The notes beneath the pieces were generated by a model. That model made no database searches, had not been told where the DNA came from, and saw only the letters and a program-made list of their open reading frames with translations. Made by a program: the position numbers and the translations under genes. DNA of 63,789 nt, the filler included, from Octopus bimaculoides (Eukaryota), in NCBI RefSeq assembly GCF_001194135.2. It is 6 parts of 5 records of this genome, joined end to end, with 100 filler letters (N's around TTAATTAATTAA, not from the genome) between each part and the next. Parts side by side here need not be neighbours in the genome. Positions count along the whole stretch, not along the records: positions 1 to 12,199 come from NC_068985.1; positions 12,300 to 29,037 come from NC_068986.1; 4 more parts are not named here. One strand, written 5' to 3'. Of the stretch, positions 1 through 14,638 are shown piece by piece. Position 1 is the first letter of the stretch. The number at the start of each line of letters is the position of its first letter.

Positions 1-33
<33 letters not shown>

Positions 34-557
34 ATTTATGGATATATATGTATATGTATGTGTGTGTGTGTGTCTGTGTGTGTTTATCCGTGTCTGTGTT
101 TGTGTCTTTGTGTGTGCGTTCGTACGTGTGTACTCCAACGTGTGTGTGTGTGTGTAATGAAATCAAAGATAGGCAAACAACAGGTGTTGGTATGACATAG
201 TTTGATGCAAATTGCTTACAGAGAAAAATACAAATGCTTAAAGGATTGTAAATCAGAGGATGTCTGTAAAAGTTGCCTTAAGGTACGACCTTAATAATTG
301 CGATGTAAATTCGTAGAAGTTAAGAGGTGACAGAAAGTAAGTCTGTAGTATTGATGTAAGAAAGTTTGTTAGGTAGAATAATGATATTCCTGCATTTAAA
401 GACTCACGACAGTTCTCATTGCGGCAGCTACAAAATCATTGCGAATGAAATTGCTTTTAAACTAGGATCAGATTTTAGGTACTAATTCCGCTTTAAATGC
501 ATTCACCTCCAAATAAACACACTCACTCACTCACACAAGCACAAACACACACATACA

Positions 558-589
<32 letters not shown>

Positions 590-687
590 ATATAGTTGTT
601 TGTGTACATATACATACATATCTATGTATGTATGCATGTATGTATTATCTATCTGTTTATTTCTCTCTCTCTCTCTCCCTCTCTCTG

Positions 688-721
<34 letters not shown>

Positions 722-793
722 TACTAGCTCGTAGTGACACCGTTTCCGTTTTGCAATCACAATATACTACCAAGTAGTAGCATATACACGCAT

Positions 794-837
<44 letters not shown>

Positions 838-2391
838 TGGAAAGTGAGGTTTACTTCTACCCATATAAGGACATAAGAGGGACATAATTGGCTTTGGGTG
901 TAAAAATGCAAGTAGGTTTTAATTATGAATTGTAGTCTTTAATATATTTACGAATTGGTGGAAATACCATACCGGATTCAATATATAGTTTTTGCTCTTC
1001 AGTGATCTTCAAAAATACAGGAGATAGAATTTTAAAAGAATGTGAATACTAAAGAAAAAATTCTTTGGTAATAAAATATGCTCCAAAAAATCAAATGTTT
1101 ATGGACGTTCAAGTTTTCAAGAGATTTTACCTACATCGTAAACAATAAGTAATTGTATCCATAATGGCAATGATGAGGATCATGCAGTATCTTGCCTTGC
1201 AATTTTTATGTATTTTACAATACCTTATTGCTTGTATAAAATAATGAAAAAAAAAAACAAACAAATAATCTTTACTGGTGGAAACTTGTGCAGGTCCCAT
1301 TTAAATATCGCCATGTCGTAAGTGCTTCTACATTTCAGTCGTTAAGTCAAAGGGAATTGAATATGAAAAACAAAGGCCTTTTCTCTGGCTAGAGTCTGAC
1401 AATCTACGCGATTCTTATCTTGTATGATGACTGAAAAATAGCCGGCATTGTTGGTCTTTGTTATCTAAAGTAAATGACGTATATATTTGTTATACGTTAC
1501 GTTATTATATACTGTTTCTTTTGTCTGTTATTTTCATTGCCATACCATATACACTAGCTGCTTTATGTAGGTTCTTCATATAAGTGTCTGATCACTTTCT
1601 TTCGGTCTCTGACCCGCGTTTACCAATTATCTCGTTCCGTGAAAATTTTGCATCAAGTCGCTGCTTTAACATACTATGTATAATGGCTAATTTATACCAA
1701 CAGATTCCACAGATGTGATTAACTAGGCATTTAGTATTTAAAGGGTAGCTGCTATTTTTCATCCAGTTACAATTAGTATTCCTCTATACGTAATTACAAG
1801 TGAGAGAACTAAACAATTTTAGTTAGGGTGATGCAAAGATTTGTGCATAATTAGGAGTATCCGTATGTAAAATATCTATAATTTTGGCGCTGTGGGGGTG
1901 GGGGTGGGGGTGCTTTCAATGAACTAGAAAAATTGTTCAAGCAACATCAAACAGACTTTTTTCAAAGTCGATAAAAAAAGTCAGCAAATTTAATGAAGGC
2001 GGATATAATAATGAAAAGCGATAATACAATAATAATAAAACGTTTACGATTTAATAATAGAAAACAAATAAATAATCTCGAGAGTCCGGATTTAATAGCA
2101 AAATCAACAAATACTGTCAAAACGCAGAACGACAATAAAATTTCTCCATCGTAGCAAAATGATATTTAGTCAGAAAGAAATGATAGAAAAAGCTTGGTAG
2201 TCATAAATAGTACAAACAACCCACTCTAAAATATAAAATTTAGGTGAAAATACTAAATGAAGCAGTCGCCTGAAGATTGCTGAGGTGTGAAACTCGAACC
2301 ACGATGAACAGAATTTAGCTGAAGATATATACTACGTACACACAGACACACACGCGTGCGTATAATTATATACAGATATACACAGAGAGAA

Positions 2392-2432
<41 letters not shown>

Positions 2433-3297
2433 AGAGGATATGGTGTCATATATATATATATATATATATATATAAGAGTAGGTAGGTGGGTATGCAGGTA
2501 GTTAGGTTGATAGATACATAAATAAGTAAATAGATGGAGAAAATGACAGAGAAGTAGATAGGTTTGCATGTAACTGTGCGTGCATGTATGAAAGTGTATA
2601 AATAAGTAAACGTGTAATTTTATAAGAGAGAGAATAAGACATAAGCCACATCGATGTGTATAATCACGTATAAATGCGCGCGCATATAGATATAAAGTAT
2701 CTGTATGTGTTGGCGTGACTTGGCAAATGATGAAATCAATTGGACAGTGGAAGACAAAGATTGTGGAAGTGTAAGAAGACAGTGAAAAACGGCATGACTT
2801 TGTGAATGTGTGTATACGTTATCTGTGTGTGAGCTCAAGCGTGTGTGAGTGTGAATGTAATTGTGATGGAGAACGTAGGCGTGTGTAAGTGCGCATACGT
2901 GTGTGTGTGTGTGTGTTTGTTTGTTACTGTCCGTGTGTATGTGTGTGTACGGTAGCGTTTGATTTTGGGTTGGCTTGCATTACATGATGTGCTACGAAGA
3001 AATGGAAATATGTAAATATATTGAGAATCCTTTGGAAATCATGCAATCATGTTTTATTGAAAATAAAATAACCAGCAAGTAACATGAAGAAATAACGTAC
3101 GTATATAGGTGTGTATATGTGCGTGTGTGTTATGTTCACACGCGTGTGTGTTTGTTTGTGTGTTTGCGTGTGTGTGTGTGTGTATGTGTGTGTGTGTGTG
3201 TGTGTTTGTTTGTGAGTGCGTGTGTGCGCGCGCGCGNNNNNNNNNNNNNNNNNNNNNNNNNNNNNNNNNNNNNNNNNNNNNNTGCGTGTGTGTGTGT

Positions 3298-3328
<31 letters not shown>

Positions 3329-4009
3329 AGTGCGTGTGTCGAACTGAAACCAGAATAAATGTGAAAGATTCATAAGTATGAGTCCTCTAGAAAATATTTC
3401 TGCGTCGTTCGTCTTGCTAGAAATAAAAGCTCAACTCTTTCATATCCCAACTTATATATGTATTAATATAATTAGGAAGTACCAAGTAGTCAACAGAGTC
3501 CTAGAGTAACGGCCGGATCGCCTTTGATCATAGATGTGATGGTTGAGAGGAGGCATTTCTCTATCTTTCACACTTACTGCCAGAAGTAAATATCAATCTC
3601 TCTCATATCCATATCCTACCTGAAATGTCCTCCTAAAATATAAAGAAGTGGAAATTTGTGAAATAAGGTACTCAAAAAACAAAAACAAAAAAAAAAATCA
3701 ACGACCGGAATTCCGTTGCTTGAAGTTCTGTTAATACAGAGCTGTCTTTCGGCTTTACATGAACATGTTCCCATCGCAAACTTCACTCTCTTGTCCGTGA
3801 CCATATTCAATCCAGTAGTAGAATCAGGTCAAGACGAGGTGTCTTTCTTGCCTTAACTTGCTCTATGTGTTCCCATATGCACAACTGCAGCTGCATTTCT
3901 CTTCTTTGAACCATGAAGGATTTTCACTGGAAGTGTTCACCGGATCCATTTTTCACAAACATAGATAGGCATTTCTTAATCCAACACGATTTATATATCC
4001 CTTAAGGTA

Positions 4010-4215
4010 AGGTAAAATTACCTTCTCGAGTCATAAAGGCCGGTTTCCTGATTTCATAGCGTATATATTCCCCACCTGGACGGGTTACTCAGTTTTACCA
4101 GCTGAGCGGACTGGAGCAACCTGAAATGAAATGTTTCGTTACCCAGTCCTGGAATGGAAACCAGAATCTTACGATCATAAGTCCAACAACTTAACCACTA
4201 TGCCACGCGCCTCCA
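4010..4215 (-). mobile_element. SINE family C copy
   Basis: Shares CCAGCTGAGCGGACTGGAGCAAC...GAAATGAA...ATCTTACGATCAT...AACCACTA...CACGCGCCTCCAC with 31397-31636. Confidence 0.7.
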
Positions 4216-6576
4216 CTGTATAGCCCTGGATACCCGTGAATGAAACGGTACTCAATACCCATAAAATACAGCATTATTTTAAATTCGCTTAGTTAAACGC
4301 AAGCAGGGGACTAAGTTTTCCTTAGTGGAAGTTAACTCCTTTGTTCGGGCTATTGGAATAAAATTTCAAACAAGCAATATGATCCAAAAGCTGTGCACAT
4401 CTCATTTTGATCTCAAGTTGTCACAGGCTAAAGAAGCATTTGAACGGAAGATTTTTATATTAAAATCAAGAGGAACTACATTCAAGCGGAGTACAAAATA
4501 TGTTGATTGGCTGACACATATATATACGCACGTACACACAGTCACGAACACGCAAGTACACGCGCACGCACACACACACACTCACTCTCGTCGTGGATAT
4601 GGGCATATTCCTGGGGAAATATTCAATAAAATAAAAAAGCGTGCAAACATCTTTTAATAAATTTCGATAAAGCTAATAAAAATGAATGATATCGAACATA
4701 GGCATAAAACCTAACATCATTGTGAACGAAGTTCAATCGATTATATTGATGGAATCACTTAGTATTTACTATATTGATCTCCGTATGGATGAAGTAAAGA
4801 TTTAGCTAATATTTTATACACAAATTTGCATCACTCTATTTTGTTTATATTAAGTACTGCCACCACTGCTGTGAAATTTTCTTTCCTGCTATGCCATTAG
4901 AAATAACTATGTTGAAATATGGATATATTTAATATTTTACTTAAAAGAATTATTGAACACTTGCGGGAAAATAAAACGAAATCTGATACTGAATTCGTGT
5001 ATGTGTACATACTGTAGTAAGGGTTTGCATGTAGTTGTTAAAAAAACTTGACAATAAAAAAATCTGATCTCTACATTATACCAATGTGGAAGGGGGCGAA
5101 ACACCAAGAGAACTCCTTCACCGCCTGATGAGACATTAACCCCTGCATCTGGAGGGGTTCGGCAGCACTGTCAGTAGACAAATATATTATCTAAAATATG
5201 TCCAATTTGCAGTATTTTTTGTTACTTCCTTTGGCCATGCGGCGATGCCCTGTTAGGGGCCCAATTCTGCACCCACACCAATTATAGCCGCTGACTCAAG
5301 GTAGCATTTGACCCGTGTTCTTGACAAGTAGGGGACAAGAAACCATAAAATATTCATTTATTGGCCACAAATGTTTGGATGTACGTTGGTGAGCTCAGTA
5401 ATAGAAGGTATAGGAGGAAAATTAACATAGTTGTTAGGGGGTAAGAATGAAAACCTCGGGTTATCTGTCCCATTGCTCTGCGTTCTGCATTCAAATTTTG
5501 CTGATACCAGCTTTGTATTTCATCCTTCCGAGGTCGATAAATGAAGTGTCAGTCCAGTAATAGATTCGATTCTTATTTTTCTTCATATCCATATATTATA
5601 TAGAAACATTAAAGACGCACCGTAAGAAGATCTACATGCAACCACTCATAGTGCTTCATTGTGCATAAAGAGAGAAGTAGTGAAGCAAGGGTGTGCAAAC
5701 CGAAGGATGTAATATTATAGCTCCAAGAATGATCGAGATAAAGGACGATTTCCACAAAATTTGATCTCAGAACGGAAAAGAAACCTCAGTAAAAAGCGAA
5801 TAAACTTTTGGACTCCACAATATTAGCAACAACCGATATTTTAAGTCAAAGTTGAACCTCGCTTAGGTACGAAACATGACTAATCCCGATATAATATCTA
5901 TAGGTCTTCAGATCTCATTAATATAATCCACCTGTTTAACATAATATATGAGCCATTTACCAAAATTGAAGTGCTTGACGCGCATTTTCTTTTTTTCTCC
6001 ATCACAGTGAAATGAAAAACCATATAGACTTGATCAAGTATCGAAATCAAAATGGGATGTATAGTAATATGTAATGCGTAATATAAATGACAATAAATAT
6101 TATGCTTCTTTGACTGGTCACATCGACCAATAACAATAGTAATGCCCTTAAATATCTGCTTTCTCCAATTTATCTTCTTTACCATCCAACAGAAATAGGA
6201 ATTGTTACTATGGTTTTTGATATCAGTCCATATATGGAAATGCTTAAATCAGCATCCTATTCTGCGATATATACTTTCTTTACCTCATCATTTCGTATCT
6301 TAGGGCAAATCTAATTCTACCCTATCTCACTCTCTAAAATTCTCTCTCGCTGTTCTATTCTAACAACACAAAGGCAAATATATACAGAAACTCTAACAAA
6401 AATATACACACGTACCAATCATTGTGTTTGCTTTTTGCTCCAATCTGTGCAACTGTGTCCGTGCGCGCGCGCGCGTCTGTCTGCGTGCACGCGTGTGTCT
6501 GTGTGCACACGAATATATTTGTATGAGATCGTGGTCGTGTGTGTGCTACTATGTATCGTTTGTACATTATTTATTT

Positions 6577-6608
<32 letters not shown>

Positions 6609-7752
6609 CATACATATGTACTTGCACACACACACATGCATATATACATATATATGTATATATATANNNNNNNNNNNNNNNNNNNNNNNNNNNNNNNNNN
6701 NNNNNNNNNNNNNNNNNNNNNNNNNNNNNNNNNNNNNNNNNNNNNNNNNNNNNNNNNNNNNNNNNNNNNNNNNNNNNNNNNNNNNNNNNNNNNNNNNNNN
6801 NNNNNNNNNNNNNNNNNNNNNNNNNNNNNNNNNNNNNNNNNNNNNNNNNNNNNNNNNNNNNNNNNNNNNNNNNNNNNNNNNNNNNNNNNNNNNNNNNNNN
6901 NNNNNNNNNNNNNNNNNNNNNNNNNNNNNNNNNNNNNNNNNNNNNNNNNNNNNNNNNNNNNNNNNNNNNNNNNNNNNNNNNNNNNNNNNNNNNNNNNNNN
7001 NNNNNNNNNNNNNNNNNNNNNNNNNNNNNNNNNNNNNNNNNNNNNNNNNNNNNNNNNNNNNNNNNNNNNNNNNNNNNNNNNNNNNNNNNNNNNNNNNNNN
7101 NNNNNNNNNNNNNNNNNNNNNNNNNNNNNNNNNNNNNNNNNNNNNNNNNNNNNNNNNNNNNNNNNNNNNNNNNNNNNNNNNNNNNNNNNNNNNNNNNNNN
7201 NNNNNNNNNNNNNNNNNNNNNNNNNNNNNNNNNNNNNNNNNNNNNNNNNNNNNNNNNNNNNNNNNNNNNNNNNNNNNNNNNNNNNNNNNNNNNNNNNNNN
7301 NNNNNNNNNNNNNNNNNNNNNNNNNNNNNNNNNNNNNNNNNNNNNNNNNNNNNNNNNNNNNNNNNNNNNNNNNNNNNNNNNNNNNNNNNNNNNNNNNNNN
7401 NNNNNNNNNNNNNNNNNNNNNNNNNNNNNNNNNNNNNNNNNNNNNNNNNNNNNNNNNNNNNNNNNNNNNNNNNNNNNNNNNNNNNNNNNNNNNNNNNNNN
7501 NNNNNNNNNNNNNNNNNNNNNNNNNNNNNNNNNNNNNNNNNNNNNNNNNNNNNNNNNNNNNNNNNNNNNNNNNNNNNNNNNNNNNNNNNNNNNNNTTTGG
7601 ATGTATGTATATGTACATATATACACGCACACGTATATATACATACATACATAACATACATATGTATGTATTTATGCATGTATGTATCTACCTATCTATC
7701 TATGTATCTATCTATCTATCTAACTATATATCTGGCAATCCCCCTCTCTGTT

Positions 7753-7794
<42 letters not shown>

Positions 7795-8597
7795 CACATG
7801 TGTGTGTATGTATACGTGCGTGTGTATTTATGCACATATGTATGCATGTATGTATCTACCTATCTATCTACATGACTGTATATATATATATATATGCACG
7901 TGTGTGTGTGTGTATTTAAGTATACTCCATGTATATACATATGTGTGTTTGATGTATATACATGTACATGCATGTTTGTGTGTATGAGAGAGAGAGAGAG
8001 TGAGAGAGAGTGAGAGAGAGAGAGAGAACTTGTCAGTTCTGCGTGTATGTATATAAATATCTATATCTAATAATGTATATATACGCATAGGTTCACGCAT
8101 GCACACACATACGCATATCTGTATGTGGTAGTTTGACTATTAGCGTGTATGAGCGCCTACGTGTGCATTAGTTAAAATAAGCTAGCAGTTATAGTGCTAT
8201 GGAAATTGACCCGAACGATTTTTTTTTTCATCTATGCACGTGGATCTCTTGTAATAACATCCCAGATCAAACCATGGTAACGCCAACATGGATTATCTGA
8301 CATTGATCCAACATAGATATGTAACATTAGCATGCAGCAAGACAATGGATATCTCTTAGCCAATGAAATACGAAGATACTTTTTAGGCTTTAGTAATTAT
8401 TCGCTCCGTCACATAAATACTATTGAACATATGTAGTTGAATTTATGAGCTTTCTTAAATCTAATTTAAGTTCTAATGATTCATTGGCCTTTCAATTTCA
8501 GTCCGTATTTCTTACACTTATGTCCAGTAAACTTCAAACATTGTCTGAAGTTTAATACAGTTGTATAATTATACCCCGTTGATTTCAACACTCTTTT

Positions 8598-8806
8598 CTA
8601 CTCGAGGCACAAGACTCGAAATTTTTAGGGTGGGGGCCAGTCGATTACATCAACCCCAGTGCGTAACTGGTACTTAATTCATCGACCCCGAAAGGAGGGA
8701 ATGCAAAGTCGACCCCGGTGGCATTTGAACGCAGAACGTCAAGACAGACGAAATACCGCCAAGCATTTCACCCAGTGTGCTAACTATTCTGTCTGCTCAC
8801 CGCCTT
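8598..8806 (-). mobile_element. SINE family B copy
   Basis: Reverse complement of the family B body (…GTCGACCCCGGTGGCATTTGAACGCAGAACGT…ACGAAATACCGCCAAGCATT…). Confidence 0.75.
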
Positions 8807-10594
8807 CCATAGATTTCAACATTAATATACTGAAAGAGGCAATTTCTTTAAGAATTTGGTTTTTGTTCCAAAAACAGTAACTTTTTGAGAAATAACGAGT
8901 GTGGATTTTGGAGTAGACGCTACTTACTTTCGTTTCCTTTCCAGCGCTATGTTAAGACAAAGTCTCTTTTGGCACTCACTTGAGTTGTTGATATTTCCAT
9001 AAATCTTTTAAATGAGTTTTGCACATTGACCGTGAAATTTTTCGTTCAGAATTAATGTATGATGGAATCAGATGAAACTAGGCTGATCGCTTTATGACTT
9101 TCAGAAAAAATGACAGAAATTATTAAGTTTATTGAATGCTATCAATAAAATCTTTGCGGTTACCGCATGCTGCAGCAGGGTATCTCTCATTTGTTATCAT
9201 GCTCAGTATAACTTAGGACATCTGTACGATTTTAAATTGCTTCTATTTCAGGAACTCCAGTGCTTTGAGGAGTGTGGAACCACAATTTAGTCCCTATTTT
9301 TCCTAGGATTAATCTGACCTGGAGTAGTAGCACCTGCCAGAGTCCCAACTATAGATTAATTAGCATATTAAGGCTTGTCCACCTATGCATGTGAAAACTG
9401 GATCCGGCGGACTCTGCGGAAGAAACCTCATAGTTTAATGGAGGGGAAGGTGGTTGCATCAAAGAATTCTGTAGTACAGAGAGTAAGATATCTTCGTCAT
9501 CCGCTGCGTCTGTCTCCATCCCCAGTTGTTTTGACCTATTCTTGCCACAGTATTGAAGATCGTTACAAACGAGAGAGTGAAGTTGATAGTGCGCAACTCT
9601 TCCTCAATTGAAAGGAAGTCAGAGTGCAAGTCATCAGTCATCCTAAAATGACTAGATGGTCCTCGTCACTTCGACCGATGAACATTATCTGCTCTCAAGT
9701 ATGACTGAATATTATTAAGTTGACCAAATTCATTAGTAAGATATGAAATACAAAGGTGTGTAGGAAGTAAACACATACTATGACTTTTAAAGAGTACAGC
9801 GAAGCATAGTCAATATATGCGTTAGTGGATCGTCAATGGCAATATGTAATACAAAACAACATGGTAGCGGAAGAAAAAATATTTTAAAATAGCTTACATA
9901 GATTTAAATAAATAACAAACACCAAACGACGAATTAGTCCGTAACATGAGTGATATTGTTTGAGTCAGATGCATTATTTTTTAAAAAGGTTTCTTAAAAG
10001 ATATTCTTTGTAAAACATTTAAACTAAAGGACAACTCTCTGATGCCTTAAATCTCTACCTTCTAAAATACATATGAAGGGTATGCAGAATTATCTACCCC
10101 AGGAGTCAGCAGAATTCAACTTTGTCATTCATCTTTTGAAGGTTGATAAAATAAGCACCTTTTGAGTACTGGTGTCGAAGTAATCGACTATCAACTCCCC
10201 TCCAAAAATTGGTGGCTTTGCGTCAAAACATGAACTCATCTGTAACCGGAAGGATTTAGAGACGAGACTAATGCAGCAAAATGTTTATAAATATATAGGC
10301 TGTCGACAGCAGAGATGAAATTTCCTTAAAAGAATTCTCTGAAGCAAAATATTCTAGCTCTTGCTGTTCTAAGATTCGATTTTAAAGAAACAAATTTTGA
10401 GTGTAAGAATAGTTCCTGAGCTTGGAAATTAAATACAAAACACCATATCATAAAATCTGCGCGTGCTTCTCTTCTATATTCCATATTTTCGGTTCGATTT
10501 AAGTTTTTGGGGGGTCAGTCTGTTTAAAGTTTCCGGAAGATGGCCTGTGCCAGATTTAAGATGGTAAGCATGATAGGCTTACAAGAACTAGTAG

Positions 10595-10824
10595 AAGGCA
10601 GCGAGATGGCAGAAACGTTAGCACACTGGGCGAAAGGATTAGCGGCATTTCGTCTGCCGCTACGTTCTGAGTTCAAATTCTGCCGAAGTCGACTTTGCCT
10701 TTCACCCTTTCGGGGTCGATAAATTAAGTACCAGTTACGCACTGGGGTCGATGTAATCGACTTAATTTCTTTGTCTGTCCTTGTTTGTCCCCTCTGTGTT
10801 TACCCCTTTGTAGGCAATAAAGAA
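10595..10824 (+). mobile_element. SINE family B copy
   Basis: Same body as 27159-27385. TSD ACA(A/G)GAACTAGTA at 10581-10593 and 10825-10837, with one mismatch. Confidence 0.82.
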
Positions 10825-12080
10825 ACAGGAACTAGTATGAAATACATGCTCAATGTACTGTGCATTAGAACTGGACTCGAAGCCACGTGGTTGCATAGAA
10901 AGCTTCTTGACTGCACAGCATGTCTGCACCTATAGTATTTCTAAAAATATAGAAAAAGGAATCTTCTTCAATGAGTAATTTTCGGATCGTTCAACATATG
11001 TCCACTAAAATGAAAATCTTACCTATGATGTTTTTAAAATACCGGCAAATTAGAATAAGGGCAAAATGGGATTTCTTCCTCTATGCTGAAAAGTCAGTAG
11101 GATTTCGGCACTACTTCACGTTCTCAGAAGAATACAAAGGAAGGTTTATGTTTTGAAATTTACTTCTCATTAAACATTTATTGTGCCAGGAATTCAATAA
11201 GATAGTATCTAATACAAATAATGAAATCTTATTATGATACTTTCAAATTATAGCTTTAGTTCTTGCTACTTCATTTCTTTATAATAACATATTTATATCT
11301 TCTGTTAACTGCATGTATTAGTTACGTTGATACATATTGTATTTGATTAAATATCTTAATATTGAAAACAACAAAACAAAATGGCGATTTTGAATTAAAA
11401 TGTCGTCTTTGGTCTTCTGCACAATAACATGTTTAATAAATTAATCTTGATGGATACATGCAATATTCTTTTATATGTTGGCTTCTTCCGCCCATTCGGC
11501 AGTGTTATGATGGCGCATAGTCGATTATATCGACCCTAGTACTTTAATGCGATCGATACGTATTCTTTTTATTTTATTGATCTCTCAAGGATGAAAGGCG
11601 AAGTTTGATTTGGGCTCAAAGTATAAAAAAAGACAAAAGAAAAACGTAACTAAATACCACAGTATTTCATCCGACGTTGTGCTAAACCTGAAATCCATCA
11701 AGTAAATAATTAAATAAATAAATAAATAAATATATGAATATAGATATTTATATTTCAACTAAAATACTAAACACAAAATATTGAACGGGAAAAATCGAAA
11801 GATTGATGCAAGAAACGGAGTGACTGGCCTCAGGATACCAACGTTCACTCATAAAACGACTGCAACATAAAGACTTAGTTTGGTGTCATCCTTTACCTCT
11901 TCTCTCTTACTTGTTTCGACGGCGACCATATCAAGGCAGCGGCTTGACGGATTAACTTTTAAACTGAAGAGCAACTGAAGTAGTCAGATACATGCTCCCC
12001 ATATAAAATGTCTGTGGAAAATTAGTTGTATATGCATATAGATATAAATATAATCTATACATTCACTCACCAACACGCAA

Positions 12081-12111
<31 letters not shown>

Positions 12112-12920
12112 ACTCTCTCTCTCTCTCACTATATGTTTGTGTGCGAGTGTGTGCATGTGTGTGTATGTGTACGTGTCTGTGTATGTATTCATGTATATAN
12201 NNNNNNNNNNNNNNNNNNNNNNNNNNNNNNNNNNNNNNNNNNNTTAATTAATTAANNNNNNNNNNNNNNNNNNNNNNNNNNNNNNNNNNNNNNNNNNNNC
12301 GAAAGGTGCACAGGTGCTGGTGTTAGCGGCAGCGGCGGCGGCGGCGGTGGTGGTGGTGGTGGTGGCGGTTTGGGTTGTGTCTAAATTCTAAATGGAACAA
12401 GAAGACAAACAATGGTTGGGGCAGATATTCAGCGCAATGACTAAGTTTTTTAACAAGCAAAGTTGAAACAGTTACTTCATAGGATGATGACACATTTGTC
12501 TGACTTGGTTTTACGCTGGCCCATATCTCCCTCCTCGTAACACCGGACAGTGTGTGTGTATTTGTGTGTGCGTGCGTGTGTGTGTGTGTGTGTGTGTGTT
12601 TGAGCGTGATTTGTTTGTATGAAATGCGTGTGGTGCGTAAATATATGTGTTACGTAAATATATATGTATGGGTATGAGTTGATATAACTATATGTACTGT
12701 AAGGTATAAATTTACGTGTATTGATTGTATACATACATATAAGGATTTACGTGTGTGTTGTATACACACTCTTATATGATTCCGACGACGTGTGTGTGTA
12801 TATAAATGTGTGCGTGTGCGCGCCCGCTTGTGCATGTGTGTGTGTGTGTGTGTGTATACATTGGAGAAGTACGACATGCAGAAGTGTATACACAGAAGTC
12901 AATACTGTCTGTGTGTCTGC

Positions 12921-12995
<75 letters not shown>

Positions 12996-13450
12996 CATGT
13001 ATGACTCGTGTGCTTCACTGTGTTGCGTAAATAAATGTGTATTACGCATATGTTTGTATGTATGGGTATTAATTGATTTAAGCGTAAATGTATATGTTAC
13101 TTTTTACTCGTTTCAACCAGAGACTGCGGCCGTGCTGGAGCACCGCTTTATGTATTGTATATTTGTCTTTATGCGTGGGATTGTATGTATATACATACAA
13201 ATCTTTGTACGTGTTTGCATACATACATACACATGTACTAGATCGATTATGCATAATGCGTGTATACATGCGAGTGTGTGTGTATAATTGTGTCTATGTG
13301 CGAGTATGTGTTTGCTTGTGTGAGCGTGTGCTGTGTGTGTATGTGTGTGTGCATGTGTGCGCGCATGTTTGCGTGTGTATACATGGGAATGAGTATGTTT
13401 GTATATGTGTTTGCGTTCTCCGTGTGCGTACTTGTCAGTATGTGTGTATG

Positions 13451-13760
13451 CAGTAATCCCTCGCTATATCGCGGTGCACTTATCGCGGTTCACTATCGCG
13501 GTTCACCTGTCACGGTTCACCTGTCGCGGTTCACCTATTGCGGTTCACCTATCGCGGTTCAGCTATCGCGGTTCACCTATGGTGGTTTATTATTCAAGCT
13601 TATGTCGATTCCTCTGTGGTGTTGTTTTGCATTTATAATAAAATAAATATATACAAATTATAAAAATAAGAAAATTTACAATACTGTTTCTACTTCGCGG
13701 ATTTTCACCTATCGCAGTGGATTTAGGAAATGTAGCACCCGCGATAGTCGAGGGATTAGC
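13451..13760. mobile_element. Tigger/pogo-like MITE with an internal 14-bp tandem array
   Basis: Left end CAGTAATCCCTCGCTATATCGCGG and right end CCGCGATAGTCGAGGGATTAGC are imperfect inverted repeats. About 8 copies of ATCGCGGTTCACCT lie at 13468-13580. Confidence 0.75.
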
Positions 13761-13794
<34 letters not shown>

Positions 13795-14252
13795 TGTGTA
13801 TACATGGGAATGAGTACGTGTATATGTGTGTGAGCGCGTGTATGTGTGTGAGTATGCATGTATGTGTGTGAGTGTGTATGTGTGTGAACTAAATGTGCAT
13901 GGATATGTATAACAATATGAATATGCATGCATGAGCGTACGTGTAAGTAACTGAACATATATTATGTATATGTGTATGTACGGAGCTGCTTGCATACATG
14001 CGTATATATACTGAATGTATTCACGAATTGCGTGTATAAGTAGACTGGTATGTGCGTGTGTAGATTCGGTGTGTGTGCCTGGTCTGTATGGTTAAAGTGT
14101 ATACCTGTATGGTTAAAGTTTGAATGAGTCTGCGCTATGTATGTACGAAGGTGTGTTACAGGGGTGAGATAGATTTACACTTTCCGCTGTTAACGATAGG
14201 GTAGGTGCATATATGCAAGTGTATATGTTTCTATGTATGTATATATCTTTGA

Positions 14253-14599
14253 TATTTTACTTGTTTCAGTCACTAGACAACGGCCATGTTGGGTCACCGC
14301 CTTGAAAGATCGAACCCAGGAGTTGATCCTTCGGTTGATTCCATCGGTCTCTTTTCACAGAACCGATAGCTGAAGGAGACACCAACATACCAACACCAGT
14401 TGTCAGACATAAAGACACTTACGCATATATATATACAACGGGCTTCTTTCAGTTTGTGCCTACCAAATCCACTCACAAAGCTTTGGTTGGCCTGAGGCTA
14501 TAATAGAAGACACTCGCCCAGGGTGCCATGCAGTGAAACTGAACCCGGAACTATGTGATTAGGAAGCATGCTTCTTATCACACAGCCATGCCTACGCCT
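14253..14599 (-). mobile_element. SINE family A copy
   Basis: Colinear with 36150-36608. Confidence 0.82.
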
Positions 14600-14601
14600 A
14601 T

Positions 14602-14638
<37 letters not shown>

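Noticed and set aside
6355-7987. Long ORFs spanning N gaps (here and at 19380, 20819, 46403, 49208, 55572, 62212 and others)
   Set aside because: They are open only because N codons are not stops. The flanks are microsatellite translations.
8920-9005. Possible minus-strand exon (…NINNSSECQKRLCLNIALERKRK, then GTAAGTA donor)
   Set aside because: The donor is good, but the acceptor is weak, there is an in-frame stop just upstream, and the similarity to the SCUBE spacer is unconvincing. The intervening EGF exons were not found.
12244-12255. TTAATTAATTAA islands inside N runs (also 29082-29093, 45401-45412, 54821-54832, 56908-56919)
   Set aside because: An identical palindromic 12-mer with stops in all six frames, always padded by Ns. 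It is an assembly spacer, not a biological motif or CRISPR-like repeat.
12477-13995. Cys/Val-, His/Thr- and Tyr/Ile-rich ORFs that look like metallothionein or zinc-finger proteins
   Set aside because: They are direct translations of (TG)n, (CA)n, (TA)n and (TACA)n arrays.
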